DNA of 64,000 nt from an uncultured delta proteobacterium (GCA_963803435.1 CAWDML010000005.1:256001-320000), one strand, 5' to 3'; positions 43,007 through 56,511 are shown, numbered from the stretch's first letter. A program made the numbers and translations. The notes: generated by a model not told the origin, from the letters alone.

Positions 43007-43085
43007 CGCGATGGTCATGGGCGGTGTCGCCGGTCGCGGCGTGCCCTCGGGAGCTTGGGCGGTGACCGGGGCACGAAGAATATGG
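43007..43085 (+). ncRNA. Candidate sigma54-driven small RNA / structured hairpin
   Basis: Directly downstream of the -24/-12 motif; nested stems GTGTC/GGCAC, CCGGTCGC/GTGACCGG, GCCC/GGGC (43024-43074); no credible + strand gene follows. Confidence 0.3.
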
Positions 43086-43086
43086 G

Positions 43087-44664
43087 TCAGTGGTCCCCTC
43101 TCTCCTCCTCGATTGGCGGCGCCGCCCATCCCTCCGGAAACGGCGTGGGGTCGACGGTGCGGAACACCGCCCAGCCGTTGAAGTCGCCGACCCGCACGTG
43201 ATGTCCGCTCTTGGCGGCGCGCGAGATGATCCCGTCTCCGCGGAGGACCAGGTAGTCGAAGTCCATCCCGTGCGTCTGCGGGTTGAACGAGCCGGGCGCG
43301 CGCCAGAAGGGAGCCCGCGGTCGATCCTTTGTGAGGTGGAGCGGCTGCAGCGCCTGATCGAAGAGGAACGCCGTGTACGAGGCGCCGTCCGCCAGGTGAT
43401 AGAAGTAGAGGGATCCCAGCGCGTGGGCCTGGTGGGTGAGGTCGCCCGGCGGCACCACGGTCAGCGCCAGCACGCGCGCCCCCTTCGGCACCGCCCGCCG
43501 GACCGGATCGTACAGGCGGGCCCGCTCGTTGAACCAGAGGATGTGGTCCCGGTTGATCGACGCGTTGTGGAGCACGAGCAGGAGCGGCAGCCCCGCGAGG
43601 GCGCCGCCGAGCCGCCCCGACAGATCCACCCGCGGCAGGAGAAACAGGAGCAGCGCGGCCAGCGTGGCGAAGCGCGCGTGCACCATCCACACCGCGAACG
43701 GCCACTCGATCGAGGTGGGGCCCAGGAGGTACACGGCCGCCAGGCAGGCGGCGTAGATCTCGAGCCCGCGGCCGGTGGGCTCGCGCCGGGGCCGGACCAG
43801 GCTGAGGAGCAGCCACAGACCCAGCAGGCCGAGCAGGAGGTACATGGTGGTCCAGTGCTCGGCGCCGCCACGATCGAGCAGATCGCCGCCCAGATTGTCG
43901 AGCTGATGATCGAACGCGAAGCTGAAGAGCCGCGCCGGCGTGGTGGCCCCGGTGCCGGCCTCGTGCCACGGGGTCGAGATCGTATGGAGCAGGACCGGGA
44001 TCGCCGCGAGACCTGCAGGGAGCGCGGCCAGCGAGATCGTGAGGAGCGGCCGAAGGGAGCGCGCAGCGATCGACCGCGTCACGGTCCGGATGAAGACGGC
44101 GAGCGCGGTGACGGCGAGGACCATCGCGTGCCCGAGGTAGGTGAGCAGGATGAAGGCGGCCAGCCCGGCGAGGGTCTTCGCGCGCGGGGGGCCGCGGAGG
44201 ACCCGCTCCGTCCAGGCGAAGACGAAGAGCATCAGCGGCATGGCGAAGAGGAACGACGCGAAGCCCCAGCCGAGGTTCAGGCCGAAGAGCGCCAGCGGCG
44301 CCACCAGGCCCAGGCGCGGATCCCGCCCGGTGGACTCGGCGAGGAACGCGGCGCCGAAGGTGAACAAGGCGCTGCTGGTGAGCAGAGCGATCTTTGCGGC
44401 GGCCACCACGCCCGTGAGGCGTCCGAGCAGCGCTCCGAACGCGTAGAAGAGCAGGTACGGTGTGGGTAAGAACGACCGCTCGACGTAAGGCCCGCCGTGG
44501 CTGAACAGCGCGGTCAAACCAACGTGATTCGACCAGTCGATGTAGGGCAAGTAGTCGCCGGCGAAGAAGACCCAGGCATGCGCCAGGACTGCGGCGATCG
44601 CACCTGCCCAAACCACGGGATCCCGGAGCGTTTCACGGTGTTCCATAGAGGTCCGGTCAGTCAC
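43087..44664 (-). CDS. Polytopic membrane protein, probable GT-C-type glycosyltransferase-like
   Basis: About 11 TM segments, first-loop YLPYIDWSNH motif, soluble C-terminal domain (FDYLVLRG). Confidence 0.6.
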   Translation of the reverse strand: MTDRTSMEHRETLRDPVVWAGAIAAVLAHAWVFFAGDYLPYIDWSNHVGLTALFSHGGPYVERSFLPTPYLLFYAFGALLGRLTGVVAAAKIALLTSSALFTFGAAFLAESTGRDPRLGLVAPLALFGLNLGWGFASFLFAMPLMLFVFAWTERVLRGPPRAKTLAGLAAFILLTYLGHAMVLAVTALAVFIRTVTRSIAARSLRPLLTISLAALPAGLAAIPVLLHTISTPWHEAGTGATTPARLFSFAFDHQLDNLGGDLLDRGGAEHWTTMYLLLGLLGLWLLLSLVRPRREPTGRGLEIYAACLAAVYLLGPTSIEWPFAVWMVHARFATLAALLLFLLPRVDLSGRLGGALAGLPLLLVLHNASINRDHILWFNERARLYDPVRRAVPKGARVLALTVVPPGDLTHQAHALGSLYFYHLADGASYTAFLFDQALQPLHLTKDRPRAPFWRAPGSFNPQTHGMDFDYLVLRGDGIISRAAKSGHHVRVGDFNGWAVFRTVDPTPFPEGWAAPPIEEERGDH

Positions 44665-44682
44665 TCTAAGTAGCCGTGCTGA

Positions 44683-47310
<2,628 letters not shown>

Positions 47311-47311
<1 letters not shown>

Positions 47312-47976
47312 TGCGTGGAGCCGGGGCCCTGCTCGTCCTCTCGACCGGCTGCATGCCGCCCTCGGTGAAGTCGGTCGACGACTGGCTGACCGAGTACGCG
47401 GCGGGGGACGTTGGAAAGACGGTCGCCCAGACCTGGTCCGGCGACCGCGCGCTGGTCCAGGCCGCCCTCGAAGAGCAGGCGAAGGATCCGAACGGTCCGC
47501 TGGCGCTCCTCCTGCCCCCGAAGCCGATCAGCCACGAGATCAGCGACCTTCTGGCCAAGGAGAGCGACGATCGCCACGTGGTGCTGGCCATGGTGACGAT
47601 GAAGAACCCGCTGCCGTTCGCGTCCGAGCGCGTGGGGGGCTCGCTGCCGAACATTCCCCGGACCCGGACCGAGGCGCGGCGCTTCCTCGCCGTCCGTGAG
47701 GGCGAGCGCTGGGGCGTGAAGCTGGACCTGGCCCGCGTGAAGGCACGAGCGGACTTTGCAGAGCAGGTCCTCGACGCGCTCTCTCGCCGTCAGCTCGACA
47801 CCGCCCGGGCGCTCCTCGAGCACGTGCCGCCGCCGCCGGACGATCCGAATGCGCTCACCACCCGCGACCGGATGGTGGACGAGCTGACCAAGGCGCTGGA
47901 GAAGAAGAGCCGCACCAGCACCGGCGCGGCGGAGGGCGCTCAGAGCGGTAGCCCGGAGTCGCCGAGCTTGCGGTAG
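47311..47976 (+). CDS. Hypothetical lipoprotein
   Basis: Lipobox LVLSTGC; TGATG overlap with the gyrB stop. Confidence 0.65.
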
Positions 47977-48815
47977 GCCTTGGTGTCCTTGAGGGCGCGC
48001 GCGGCCGTGAAGACCGCGAGCGGCGTGTCGAGCTTCGTCCCCGGCATCGCCTTCGCGAGGCTCGCCACGATCGACTTCGAGTCGGCGCGGAGGAACGGGT
48101 TGGTGCGGCGCTCCTCTTCGATGGTGGACGGCACGGCGCTGCCGCCTCCGGCCCGGATCTTCCACACGCGCCGGATGCGCTCGGCGAGGTCGGCGTTGTC
48201 GGGTTCGATCGACCACGCGAAGCGCAGGTTGTCCTGCGTGTACTCGTGGGCGCAGCAGACGCGCGTGGCGCCGTCGAGCGCGGCCAGCCGGGTGAGGCTG
48301 TCGAACATCTTGGCCGGCGGACCGGAGAACAGGAAGCCGCAGCCGCCTGCGAAGAGCGTGTCGCCGCAGAAGACGACGTCCCCGAAGACGTAGCTGATGT
48401 GCCCGTCGAGGTGGCCCTCGGTGCGGAGCACGCGGCCCCGGACCTCGCCGAGCCGAACCGTGTCGCCCTCGTCGACCGCCTCGGTGAGGCCGGGGACCTG
48501 GTCCCGCACGGGCTTGGGCCCGACGACGCGCAGGCTCGAGAGCAGGCCGCGCGCCTCGAGCGCTCGGTTGATGCCGATGTGGTCGTCATGGGTGTGCGTG
48601 TTGAAGATTGCGCCCAGCCTCAACCCATGCGCGCGCAGGTGATCGAGGATCGGATCGGCATCGGGCGGTCCGTCGACCACGGCCGTATCGCCCGTCGCCT
48701 TGGCGACCGCCACCCAGACCAGGTTGTCGTCGTAGACCACCGGGATCTGGTGCACCTCGAGCGCGCCGCCGGCGGCGGAGAAGGGCGGGGTCGGCTGGGT
48801 GACCGTATGAGCCAT
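47940..48815 (-). CDS. gloB: Hydroxyacylglutathione hydrolase (glyoxalase II)
   Basis: DNLVW, THTHDDHIG, TEGHLDGH, FCGDTLFAGGCG, CAHEYT, VPSTIEEERRTNPFLR. Confidence 0.9.
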   Translation of the reverse strand: MAHTVTQPTPPFSAAGGALEVHQIPVVYDDNLVWVAVAKATGDTAVVDGPPDADPILDHLRAHGLRLGAIFNTHTHDDHIGINRALEARGLLSSLRVVGPKPVRDQVPGLTEAVDEGDTVRLGEVRGRVLRTEGHLDGHISYVFGDVVFCGDTLFAGGCGFLFSGPPAKMFDSLTRLAALDGATRVCCAHEYTQDNLRFAWSIEPDNADLAERIRRVWKIRAGGGSAVPSTIEEERRTNPFLRADSKSIVASLAKAMPGTKLDTPLAVFTAARALKDTKAYRKLGDSGLPL

Positions 48816-48853
48816 CGCCCATCGAAACCACGGCCCACCCCGGGGATCAAGGA

Positions 48854-50752
48854 TCAGAAGCGGAACGTGAAGTGCGCGTGCCGCGCGGGCCGGTAGCCTT
48901 CGTCGATCCGGAGCGACCAGATCGCCTCCGTGAGGCATTCGGCGCCTTCGTCCGCCGCCACCGAGACGTCGGCAATCTCGTCGCGGGTGGTCTCGATCGC
49001 GACCTCGACCCCGCGCGCGCCGCACGCGTCGACGAACGCACTCACCTGCCGGCGCAGCGGTTCGCCCGTGATGCCGTAGCTGGTGCCAAAGCCATTGCAC
49101 CCGCAGGAGTAGCTCGTCCCGAAGCCGCGGGCGCCCAGGCAGAACGTCTCGAAGACCTCCTCCGGCGGCGGCAGCGGATCGCGCCCGCCCATCTCGGCGA
49201 GGTACGAGGTCTCCTCCGACACCACGCCGCCCGCCTCCGCGACCTCCCGGAGCTCCTCCGAGGTGAGCGCCTGGACGGTACCGACGAGGATCGCCGGCAT
49301 GGCGTCGTCGACCTCGCGCGAGCGCCCGCGCTCGAGCGACACCTCGGTGCTCCACAAGCGTCCGCGGATCTCGATCCGATCGGGCGCGCCGTGAGACAGG
49401 AGCGCGATCGTGTGCTGGCCGCGCCCGCGCTCGAGCGTGGGATCGTGGGTGACGCCGTCGAGGCCTGCCAGCTCGATCGCGTCGAGCCGGATCGGGTGCA
49501 CCAGCTCCTCCGCCACCTCGATCGCGCGATCGGCGGTCGGATCGCCGTCGAGGGTACCGAAGACGCCTCCGGTGGCCTCGGGGAGGGCGGCCCAGGCACC
49601 ACCCGGATCGAGCGACAGCGACGGATCGAGCTCGGGATCGACCTCGTGCCGGAGAAGGTGGAGGACGGCGGGCCCCAGCGACTCGCGGGCGGCCTCGGGG
49701 TCGAACGCGTCGCGAAGGAGGAGGTCGGAGGTGGCCACGACCCGCGTCTCGCCGCCGGCGCTGTCCAGGATCGAGGTGGCGAGCGCGAGGCCGCCGTCGA
49801 GCGACGATCCGTTGCCGAGGGCGCGCCGCTCCGCCGGGAGGGCCGCCACGGCGTCCGCGAAGTCGCGGGCCGGGACCATCCGCTCGAACAGCCGCTCGGC
49901 CTCGCGCCGGAACACCACCACCTCCACGGAGGCGTCCGGTACCCAGTCGAGGTAGGCCCGGGCCCAGCCCAGCTGATCGGCCAGCGCGACGTCGCCCATG
50001 CTGTACGATCCGTCGATGAGGAAGACCACCGTGGGCGCCGCCGGGATGGGCGCCAGCTCGGGTGGTGCGTCGATCGCCACGCGGACCACCGACCGTTCGC
50101 CGGCGCGCTGGACCGCATAGGTGGCTGACAGCGAGGGCAGCGGGTCGAGCTCGATCACCACGCCCGCACCCTCGAGCGCGGTCGCGTTCGGATCGCAGGC
50201 CGACTCGAAGTCGTCGGTGTCGAGCCGATCACGGATCTGACCCGGACCCGAGAACAAGGGCGGGTCCTGCGGATCGAACGGGTAGTCGAAGAGCGTGCGG
50301 CCGTTCGCGTGGCAGGTCGGGAGCGTGACGCGGTACTCGATCTCCACCGTCTCTTCGGGCGTGATCGGATAGGCGCGAAGCCGCAGGCGACCCGGTTCGT
50401 CGAACGCCAGCAACGCGGGTGGCGGCGCACCCGCCACGGCGCTCCCCTCCACGCCAGCCAGCCCGCTCAGGACTCGATAGCGCTGCTCGGCGAGGTTGGC
50501 GTCGAGGAGCTCGCCGCCATACCAGCGCCCGTCGATGGCGAAGCGGAAGCGATCGACGGCGCCGGCGGTGGGCAGCGGAACCGCCAGATCCAGCTCGGGC
50601 GTCTCGACGCCGCGGTAGGCCCGGTGGACGGTCATCCGCGCCACACCGTCCTCGACCTGGTACTCGACGTCGTGGGTCAGGGGCGCGAGGGTGGGCTCGA
50701 ACGCCGGCGCACCGCATCCCACCGCCAGGAGGAGAGGAAAGAGGATCCGCAT
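48854..50752 (-). CDS. VIT + vWA domain lipoprotein with TonB-C-like C-terminal module
   Basis: Lipobox LAVGC; VIT-like (VEYQVEDGVARMTVHRAY, AEQRY, LRAYPI); MIDAS DGSYSM; VVSEETSYL. Confidence 0.75.
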   Translation of the reverse strand: MRILFPLLLAVGCGAPAFEPTLAPLTHDVEYQVEDGVARMTVHRAYRGVETPELDLAVPLPTAGAVDRFRFAIDGRWYGGELLDANLAEQRYRVLSGLAGVEGSAVAGAPPPALLAFDEPGRLRLRAYPITPEETVEIEYRVTLPTCHANGRTLFDYPFDPQDPPLFSGPGQIRDRLDTDDFESACDPNATALEGAGVVIELDPLPSLSATYAVQRAGERSVVRVAIDAPPELAPIPAAPTVVFLIDGSYSMGDVALADQLGWARAYLDWVPDASVEVVVFRREAERLFERMVPARDFADAVAALPAERRALGNGSSLDGGLALATSILDSAGGETRVVATSDLLLRDAFDPEAARESLGPAVLHLLRHEVDPELDPSLSLDPGGAWAALPEATGGVFGTLDGDPTADRAIEVAEELVHPIRLDAIELAGLDGVTHDPTLERGRGQHTIALLSHGAPDRIEIRGRLWSTEVSLERGRSREVDDAMPAILVGTVQALTSEELREVAEAGGVVSEETSYLAEMGGRDPLPPPEEVFETFCLGARGFGTSYSCGCNGFGTSYGITGEPLRRQVSAFVDACGARGVEVAIETTRDEIADVSVAADEGAECLTEAIWSLRIDEGYRPARHAHFTFRF

Positions 50753-50889
50753 CCGAGATGGGACAGTGGTCGGCGGGCAGGAGTTCCGTGGGAGAGAAAA
50801 GGGCGACGAACGACCGGGCCTAATTGCCTCCCCTAGATCCGATCATCCGCCGCCTCAACCTCTCCTACGGCGGACCCAAGACGATCTTC

Positions 50890-52065
50890 CTACGCGTTCA
50901 GGTTGCAGAAGGCCTCGTAGTCGATCAGCTCAGTAATCGTCGGATTGTCGCCACAAACCGGGCAGTTGGGATCACGCCGCAGCTTGAGCTCGCGCCACTT
51001 CATCTCGAGGGCATCGAACTGTGAGAGCCGTCCCACCAGCGGCTGGCCCTTCTTCAAGACCAGCTTGATGGCCTCCATCGCCTGCAGCGTCCCGACCAGG
51101 CCGGGCAGCGCACCGATCACACCGGCCTCAGCGCAGCTCGGAGCCATCCCGGGCGGCGGCGGCTCGGGGTAGAGGCACCGGTAGCACGGTCCGCCCAGCG
51201 ACGGCGCGAACACGGAGGCCTGGCCCTCGAACTGGAAGATCGAGCCGTGCACGTTGGGGAGCTTGCGGAAGACACAGGCGTCGTTGATCAGGTAGCGGGT
51301 CTGGAAGTTGTCGCAGCCGTCGACGACGATCTCCCAGCCGTCGTCGAGGATCCGCATGATGTTCTCGGAGGTGATGAACTCCCGGTACTTCGTCACCTGG
51401 ACGTCGGGGTTGAGATCGCGCATCGCGCGCTCGGCGCTGTCGACCTTCGGCACGCCCGCGTCCTCGTTGCGGTGGAGGATCTGTCGCTGCAGGTTGGAGT
51501 AGTCGACGACGTCGGGATCGACGATCCCGATGTGGCCGATCCCGGCCGCCGCCAGGTAGAACGCCGCCGGGGAGCCGAGCCCGCCCGCGCCGACCAGCAG
51601 GATCTTGGCGTCGAGGAGCTGCGCCTGGCCCTCCTCGCCGACCTCGTCCAGCAGGATGTGGCGGGAGTAGCGGACCTTCTGCTGCTCGGTCAGCTGGCGC
51701 TCCACCTGCCAGGGGAAGCCGGCGTTCTTCCAGGCGGTGAAGCCGCCGGACATGGAGGTCACGTTCGTGTAGCCCATCTCCTCCAGCGTGCGGGCCGCAA
51801 ATGCGCTGCGGTTGCCGCCCGCGCAGTAGACGATGATCTCCCGGTTGCGATCGCGCTCGACGCTCTCGATCTTCATCTCGAGATTGCCGCGCGCGATGTG
51901 CTTGGCTTTGGGGATGATCCCGGTCGCGACCTCGTGTCCCTCACGAACGTCGAGGAGCAGCGCGTTGGGATTCTGCTCCAGCTTGACGCGCACCTTGTCC
52001 GGGGGGGCTTCCTTGATCCTCGCCTTGGTTGCTTGTAGGAGCTGTTCTTTGGTGACGGAAGCCAT
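50890..52065 (-). CDS. moeB: Rhodanese-MoeB fusion (molybdopterin synthase sulfurylase, MoeB/MoeZ)
   Basis: N-terminal rhodanese (LLDVRE...YCAGGNRS); RYSRHILL, GAGGLGSP, SNLQRQ, DNFQTRY, CYRC, CPVC. Confidence 0.9.
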   Translation of the reverse strand: MASVTKEQLLQATKARIKEAPPDKVRVKLEQNPNALLLDVREGHEVATGIIPKAKHIARGNLEMKIESVERDRNREIIVYCAGGNRSAFAARTLEEMGYTNVTSMSGGFTAWKNAGFPWQVERQLTEQQKVRYSRHILLDEVGEEGQAQLLDAKILLVGAGGLGSPAAFYLAAAGIGHIGIVDPDVVDYSNLQRQILHRNEDAGVPKVDSAERAMRDLNPDVQVTKYREFITSENIMRILDDGWEIVVDGCDNFQTRYLINDACVFRKLPNVHGSIFQFEGQASVFAPSLGGPCYRCLYPEPPPPGMAPSCAEAGVIGALPGLVGTLQAMEAIKLVLKKGQPLVGRLSQFDALEMKWRELKLRRDPNCPVCGDNPTITELIDYEAFCNLNA

Positions 52066-52155
52066 GGTTTCTTCGGCCCATTGTGCCTCGGGGCCGCACT
52101 CGGCCGCCATTGGATTTTGTGGGCAAAAGCCGAGCGGAAGGCCTATCCTGCCCGG

Positions 52156-53188
52156 ATGAGCCGGCTCCCCATCGTGTCGGCCCACGTCCCCGGCTGGCTC
52201 TCGGACGTCCAAGGACGCAGCCTTCGGTACCTTCGCCTCTCGATCACCGATTCGATGCGACCTCAAATGCACCTACTGCATGCCCGCGGAGGGGGTGCCC
52301 GCATCGGCCCGCGAGGACGTCCTCACCTTCGAGGAGATCGTCCAGGTCGCCCGTGTCTTCCGTGGCCTGGGCGTCCGGACGATCCGGCTCACCGGCGGCG
52401 AGCCGCTGGTTCGCAAGAACGTCGCCGACCTGATCCGCATGATCCGCGACGAAGCCGGCATCGAGGATCTGGCGATGACCACCAACGCCACCGCCCTCGA
52501 TCACCTCGCGCGCGATCTCGTCCGCGCCGGGCTCAAGCGGATCAACGTCTCGGTCGACTCGCTGGATCCGGAGCGCTTCCGCACCGTCACCCGCGGCGGC
52601 GAGCTCGAGCGCGTGGTCCGAGGTATCGACGCGGTCCGAGAGGCCGGCATCGGTGAGATCAAGACCAACACGGTGGTCGTTCGCGACGTGAACGACGGCC
52701 GGGCGCTGGCCGATATCGTCGAGTGGGCCTGGGAGCGCGACATCACGCCGCGTTTCATCGAGCTGATGCCGCTGGGCGAAGGCGCCAAGCTGGGGCGCCA
52801 CGCCGTCGTTTCGGTCGCGGAGATGAAGCGCGCGATGGCCGAGCTCATCGAGGACGATCCACCGGAGCATCGGCTCGATCGCGGACCGGCCGGCTACCTG
52901 CGCTCGAAGCACGATCCCGCGCGCCGCGTCGGTTTCATCGGAGCGGTGACGGAAAACTTCTGCGACCGCTGCAACCGTGTGCGCATCAATGCGCGCGGCG
53001 AGACGCGCGCATGCCTTGCGTCACCGTCGGGTGTCTCACTCCGCGATCTCATCCGCGCCGGCCTCGACGACCACGCGCTCCGCGAAGCGGTAGAAACAGC
53101 GCTGTTCGGGAAGGGTGCAGGCCACGAGTTCTACGTCGACGGCGTGGTCCGTCATCACGCGGTCGACATGTCTCGCATCGGAGGATAA
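52156..53188 (+). CDS. moaA: GTP 3',8-cyclase (one +1 frameshift at 52249-52253)
   Basis: YLRLSITD then RCDLKCTYCMP after removing one T; RLTGGEPL, RFIELMP, CDRCNR...C, C-terminal MSRIGG. Confidence 0.93.
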
Positions 53189-53200
53189 ACACGACGCCTC

Positions 53201-53419
53201 GTGCGAATCGACGTGGAGCTCGGAGACAACGACGGTGCGCCGGTGCGAATACGCCTCGGCGAAGATTGGTTGTCGGTCACGGAGGTCCTCGATCGCTGGC
53301 TCGCCCGGGAGCATCGCTACTTCAAGCTCTGTGCGGGCGGAGATCGCTACATCCTGCGGCACGACATCCCGAACGGCGTCTGGGACATGACCTTCTTCGT
53401 CGCTAACGGATCGAGCTGA
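53201..53419 (+). CDS. Small conserved hypothetical protein (DUF6504-like)
   Basis: VTEVLDRWL...RYFKL...YILRHD...WDM pattern. Confidence 0.55.
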   Translation: MRIDVELGDNDGAPVRIRLGEDWLSVTEVLDRWLAREHRYFKLCAGGDRYILRHDIPNGVWDMTFFVANGSS

Positions 53420-54311
53420 GGAATCGCACCATCTCCGGGAGGAGCTGCTCCGGGCACTCGACCTCCGCCAGATGTCCGCAGCCCGCCATCTCCACCAGCC
53501 TCGCGTTCTTCATCCGGCTCGCGAATCCGTCGTTGAGCCAACGTCGGACCAGGAGGTCGTTCTCCGCGTGGATCACGAGGGTCGGGGCCTCGATCTTCTC
53601 GAGCGCGGGCGCGTAGTGCGCCACCGATCGCAGGATCTCGCTGGTGGTCCGGCACCACTGCCGCCACTCCGCGGAGCCGCGGAGCCCGATCAGATCCTCC
53701 CGCAGTCGGACGGCCGTGGCGCTGTGTCCGATCGACACCGCTTCGATCCCGACGCGCCAGGCCTCCTCGGAGAGCGTCTCCAGCGCGCGCGGATGAGAGA
53801 GAGAGTCGGAGAAGGCCAGGATCACGTCGGGGAGCGGCTGACCTCCCGGCGCCGCCACCAAGATCAACCCCGCGACGCGCTCCGGTGCCTCCAGCGCGGT
53901 GGCGACCGCGGTTGCGCCGCCGAGCGAGTTGCCCCCCACGACCGCGCGCGCGACCCCGAGCGCGTCCAACACGTCGAGCACGGCCGCGGCCATGCGGCGC
54001 ATCGGATAGGAGCCAGGCACCTTCGACGACTTTCCGTGCCCCGGAAGATCGATCAGCACCACCCGCCGCTCGCGGGCCAGCGCGGGCGCGACGTCGTGCC
54101 ATACCATCATGTTGAAGCCCCAGGGGTGGAGCAGGACGAGCGGCGGCCGCTCCTTCGGACCGTCGAGCACGGCGTAGTAGAGCGAGGCCTTGGCGCGCCG
54201 TCCCCAGATCGTGTGCGCGTCGGCGTAGCCGTAGTCGACGTCGTCGAAGCTGTGGTAGGTGGCCGACGCGCAGCCGGACAGCGCGAGCGAGCACAGGAGT
54301 ATCCGGAGCAT
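53403..54311 (-). CDS. Alpha/beta-fold hydrolase lipoprotein
   Basis: Lipobox LALSGC; DLPGHGKS, nucleophile GNSLGG, ENDLLV, CGHLA. Confidence 0.88.
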   Translation of the reverse strand: MLRILLCSLALSGCASATYHSFDDVDYGYADAHTIWGRRAKASLYYAVLDGPKERPPLVLLHPWGFNMMVWHDVAPALARERRVVLIDLPGHGKSSKVPGSYPMRRMAAAVLDVLDALGVARAVVGGNSLGGATAVATALEAPERVAGLILVAAPGGQPLPDVILAFSDSLSHPRALETLSEEAWRVGIEAVSIGHSATAVRLREDLIGLRGSAEWRQWCRTTSEILRSVAHYAPALEKIEAPTLVIHAENDLLVRRWLNDGFASRMKNARLVEMAGCGHLAEVECPEQLLPEMVRFLSSIR

Positions 54312-54313
54312 CG

Positions 54314-55862
54314 CTATCCGTCGCCCTCGGGCAAATCATCGGCGGGCGCTTGGAGGTCACCCTCGGGGAGATCGTCGCCGGCCTCGCTCTTTTCGGGCAA
54401 CGTCACGTCCACGAACTGGGTCTTCTTGAGCTTCACGTCCTTCTGCCAGACGACGTCGGGTCCCGAGACCACCTTGATGTCGTAGACGCCGGGCGGGACC
54501 TCGAGGCGAGCGCCGCTCTGACCGCGCGCGGTGGGCTTGGCCGCGCCGGGGCGGTACACCATCACCTGTGCGTCGCCCGCGATCGCCTGCCCGCGGTGCG
54601 CTCGCACGGTCAGCAGCGCGCGCTCGAAGCGGACGGTGCGCGCCAGCTTCTCGCGAAGCTTCACCAGGAAGGGGCCGTCGATCTCCACCGAGCCGTCCTC
54701 GAGCTCGGCGGCGATCTCGTATCTGCCCGGCCAGAGGCGCCAGCTCCCGTCCGGCTCGGGCTCGACCGTCTCGCCGCCGCCGGCGAGGCGGAGCACCAGC
54801 TTGGCCTCGGTGGGCGCGCCGTTCTTCAGCGCGTGCGCCGATAGCGTCGCCGGCGTCAGAATCAATCGTGCGCTTGTCGTTGCCGCCAGCGCGGACGGCG
54901 ACGTTCTCCTCGAGCACGTGCCCGAGCGGTCCGGCGGCCTTGGAGTCGATGGTGAGATCGTAGCTGCCGGGCGTGAGGCTCACCGTGCCGGGCGCGGGGA
55001 AGTAGTTGAAGAAGTCGGACGCGCCCGGCTTCGAGAGCCGTACGGTGGCGTCGACCGGCTTGCCGTCCTGGACCACGGTCACCGTCAGCTGTCCGGTGGT
55101 GAAGCGCTCCTGGACCTTCGTGACCTTCGCGGCCTTGACCCAGACGTCGCGATCGACGGTGGCGAAGTCGGCGGCGTCGCGCAGCTCGGTCGTGATCGTG
55201 TAACGGCCGCTGGGGAGGCGCATCTCCTGGCCGGTCTCCACCAGCCCGGCCTCCTTCTTCTTCCCGAACCGGAACGCACGCACCGAGGCGCCCGCGCTGC
55301 GCCCGTTGTTGGTGGTCGTGACGATCAGACCGCCGTCCGACAGGTCGGCGGCCAGCACCGTCGTCTTCTTGCCGCCGATGCGCACGGCCTCGAGCAGCGT
55401 CTCGGCGTCGGGGGACGCCTTGTCTTCGAGGATCACCAATGCGTCGAGCTTACCGGCCGCCACCACCGCGCTCTGGTTCGCCGGGATCTCGAACAGCGGC
55501 GGCCCGTCGGCGCCGCCGGGCGGGAAGAAGCGCACTGTCGCCTGCAGCAGGACACCGTTGCGGCGGGCTTCGACCCGCACGCGGGCAGGAGAGACCTCGA
55601 TCCTGGGCTGCGCGGAGGCGCCGGCCTTCACCCGCACGTTCGGCTCGAACACCACCAGCGTTCCGTCCTCGTGAGGACACGCGACGCGGAGCCCGTACAT
55701 GCCCTCCGCGAGGTCGAGCGCGCCGTCGCCCTCCTTGGTCTCCCCAGTGGCGGAGAGGGCGGCGAGGTGGCAGGCCAAGGGCTGGCCGTCGACCCGGATC
55801 TGGGGCTCGACGCGGCCGTCGGCGGCGGTCAGGAGGGCGCCCACCATGGCGAGAGAGAGCAT
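54314..55862 (-). CDS. Exported protein with ~6 PEGA/carboxypeptidase-regulatory-like beta repeats (one frameshift at 54859-54863)
   Basis: Repeats of L.(P)G.Y.(I/L/V); removing one base gives KRTIDLTPATLSAHA, joining ORFs 54357-55862 and 54314-54865. Confidence 0.7.
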
Positions 55863-55886
55863 GGCGCGCCCCCGATCCGAGCCTCA

Positions 55887-56390
55887 TCAGACGCGTTCGT
55901 CAAGGCGCGGGCGTTCGACGCGGCGGCGTGCCAAGAGCAAGGCCGCCGCCCCGGCCATGATCGCAATGTCGGCCACGTTGAAGATGCCGGTGCGAACCTG
56001 CCCGATCCCGACGTTCAGGAAGTCGACCACGCGCCCGTCGTTCACCACGCGATCGATCAGATTGCTGATGCCGCCCCCCGCCATGAGGCCGAGCCCGACG
56101 AACTGGAGGTTCGACATCCGCCAACGGGTCACCACCACGATCAGCAGGCCGATCAACAGGCCTCCGTTGGCGACGGTGAGGATCCAGAAGCGAACCGTCT
56201 TCGGGAGGGTCTCGCCGAGGCTGAGGAAGGCCCCCTCGTTCTCGGTATGGTGAAGTCGTACCAGGTCGTGGAAGAGCGAGATCTCCGGCCGGCCACCGAT
56301 CGTCTCCGTCGCGATCGACTTGGTGACCTGGTCGCAGCCGATCGAGCCGAAGAGGAGCAGGAAGAGCAGCAGGAGACGCCGGATCCGCAC
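55887..56390 (-). CDS. lspA: Lipoprotein signal peptidase II
   Basis: DQVTK, ENEGAFLSLG, GGISNLIDR, VVDFL, IFNVAD. Confidence 0.93.
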   Translation of the reverse strand: MRIRRLLLLFLLLFGSIGCDQVTKSIATETIGGRPEISLFHDLVRLHHTENEGAFLSLGETLPKTVRFWILTVANGGLLIGLLIVVVTRWRMSNLQFVGLGLMAGGGISNLIDRVVNDGRVVDFLNVGIGQVRTGIFNVADIAIMAGAAALLLARRRVERPRLDERV

Positions 56391-56511
56391 GGTCTCGTCG
56401 CAACATCCTCGGCGTTTGGTTTCTTCCCCGCGTGTGACTGTTCGCACGCCTTCATCCGGCGGGGGTTGGATGGCAGAACTGACGACGCAGCGCGTATCAA
56501 CGAGGGCCGTG

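Noticed and set aside
43011-43181. 56-aa ORF downstream of the sigma54 motif
   Set aside because: No RBS, atypical codon usage and antisense overlap with the membrane-protein gene
52066-52155. Moco riboswitch between moeB and moaA
   Set aside because: The gap is only about 90 bp, holds a -10 element next to the moaA start and shows no recognisable Moco RNA motif
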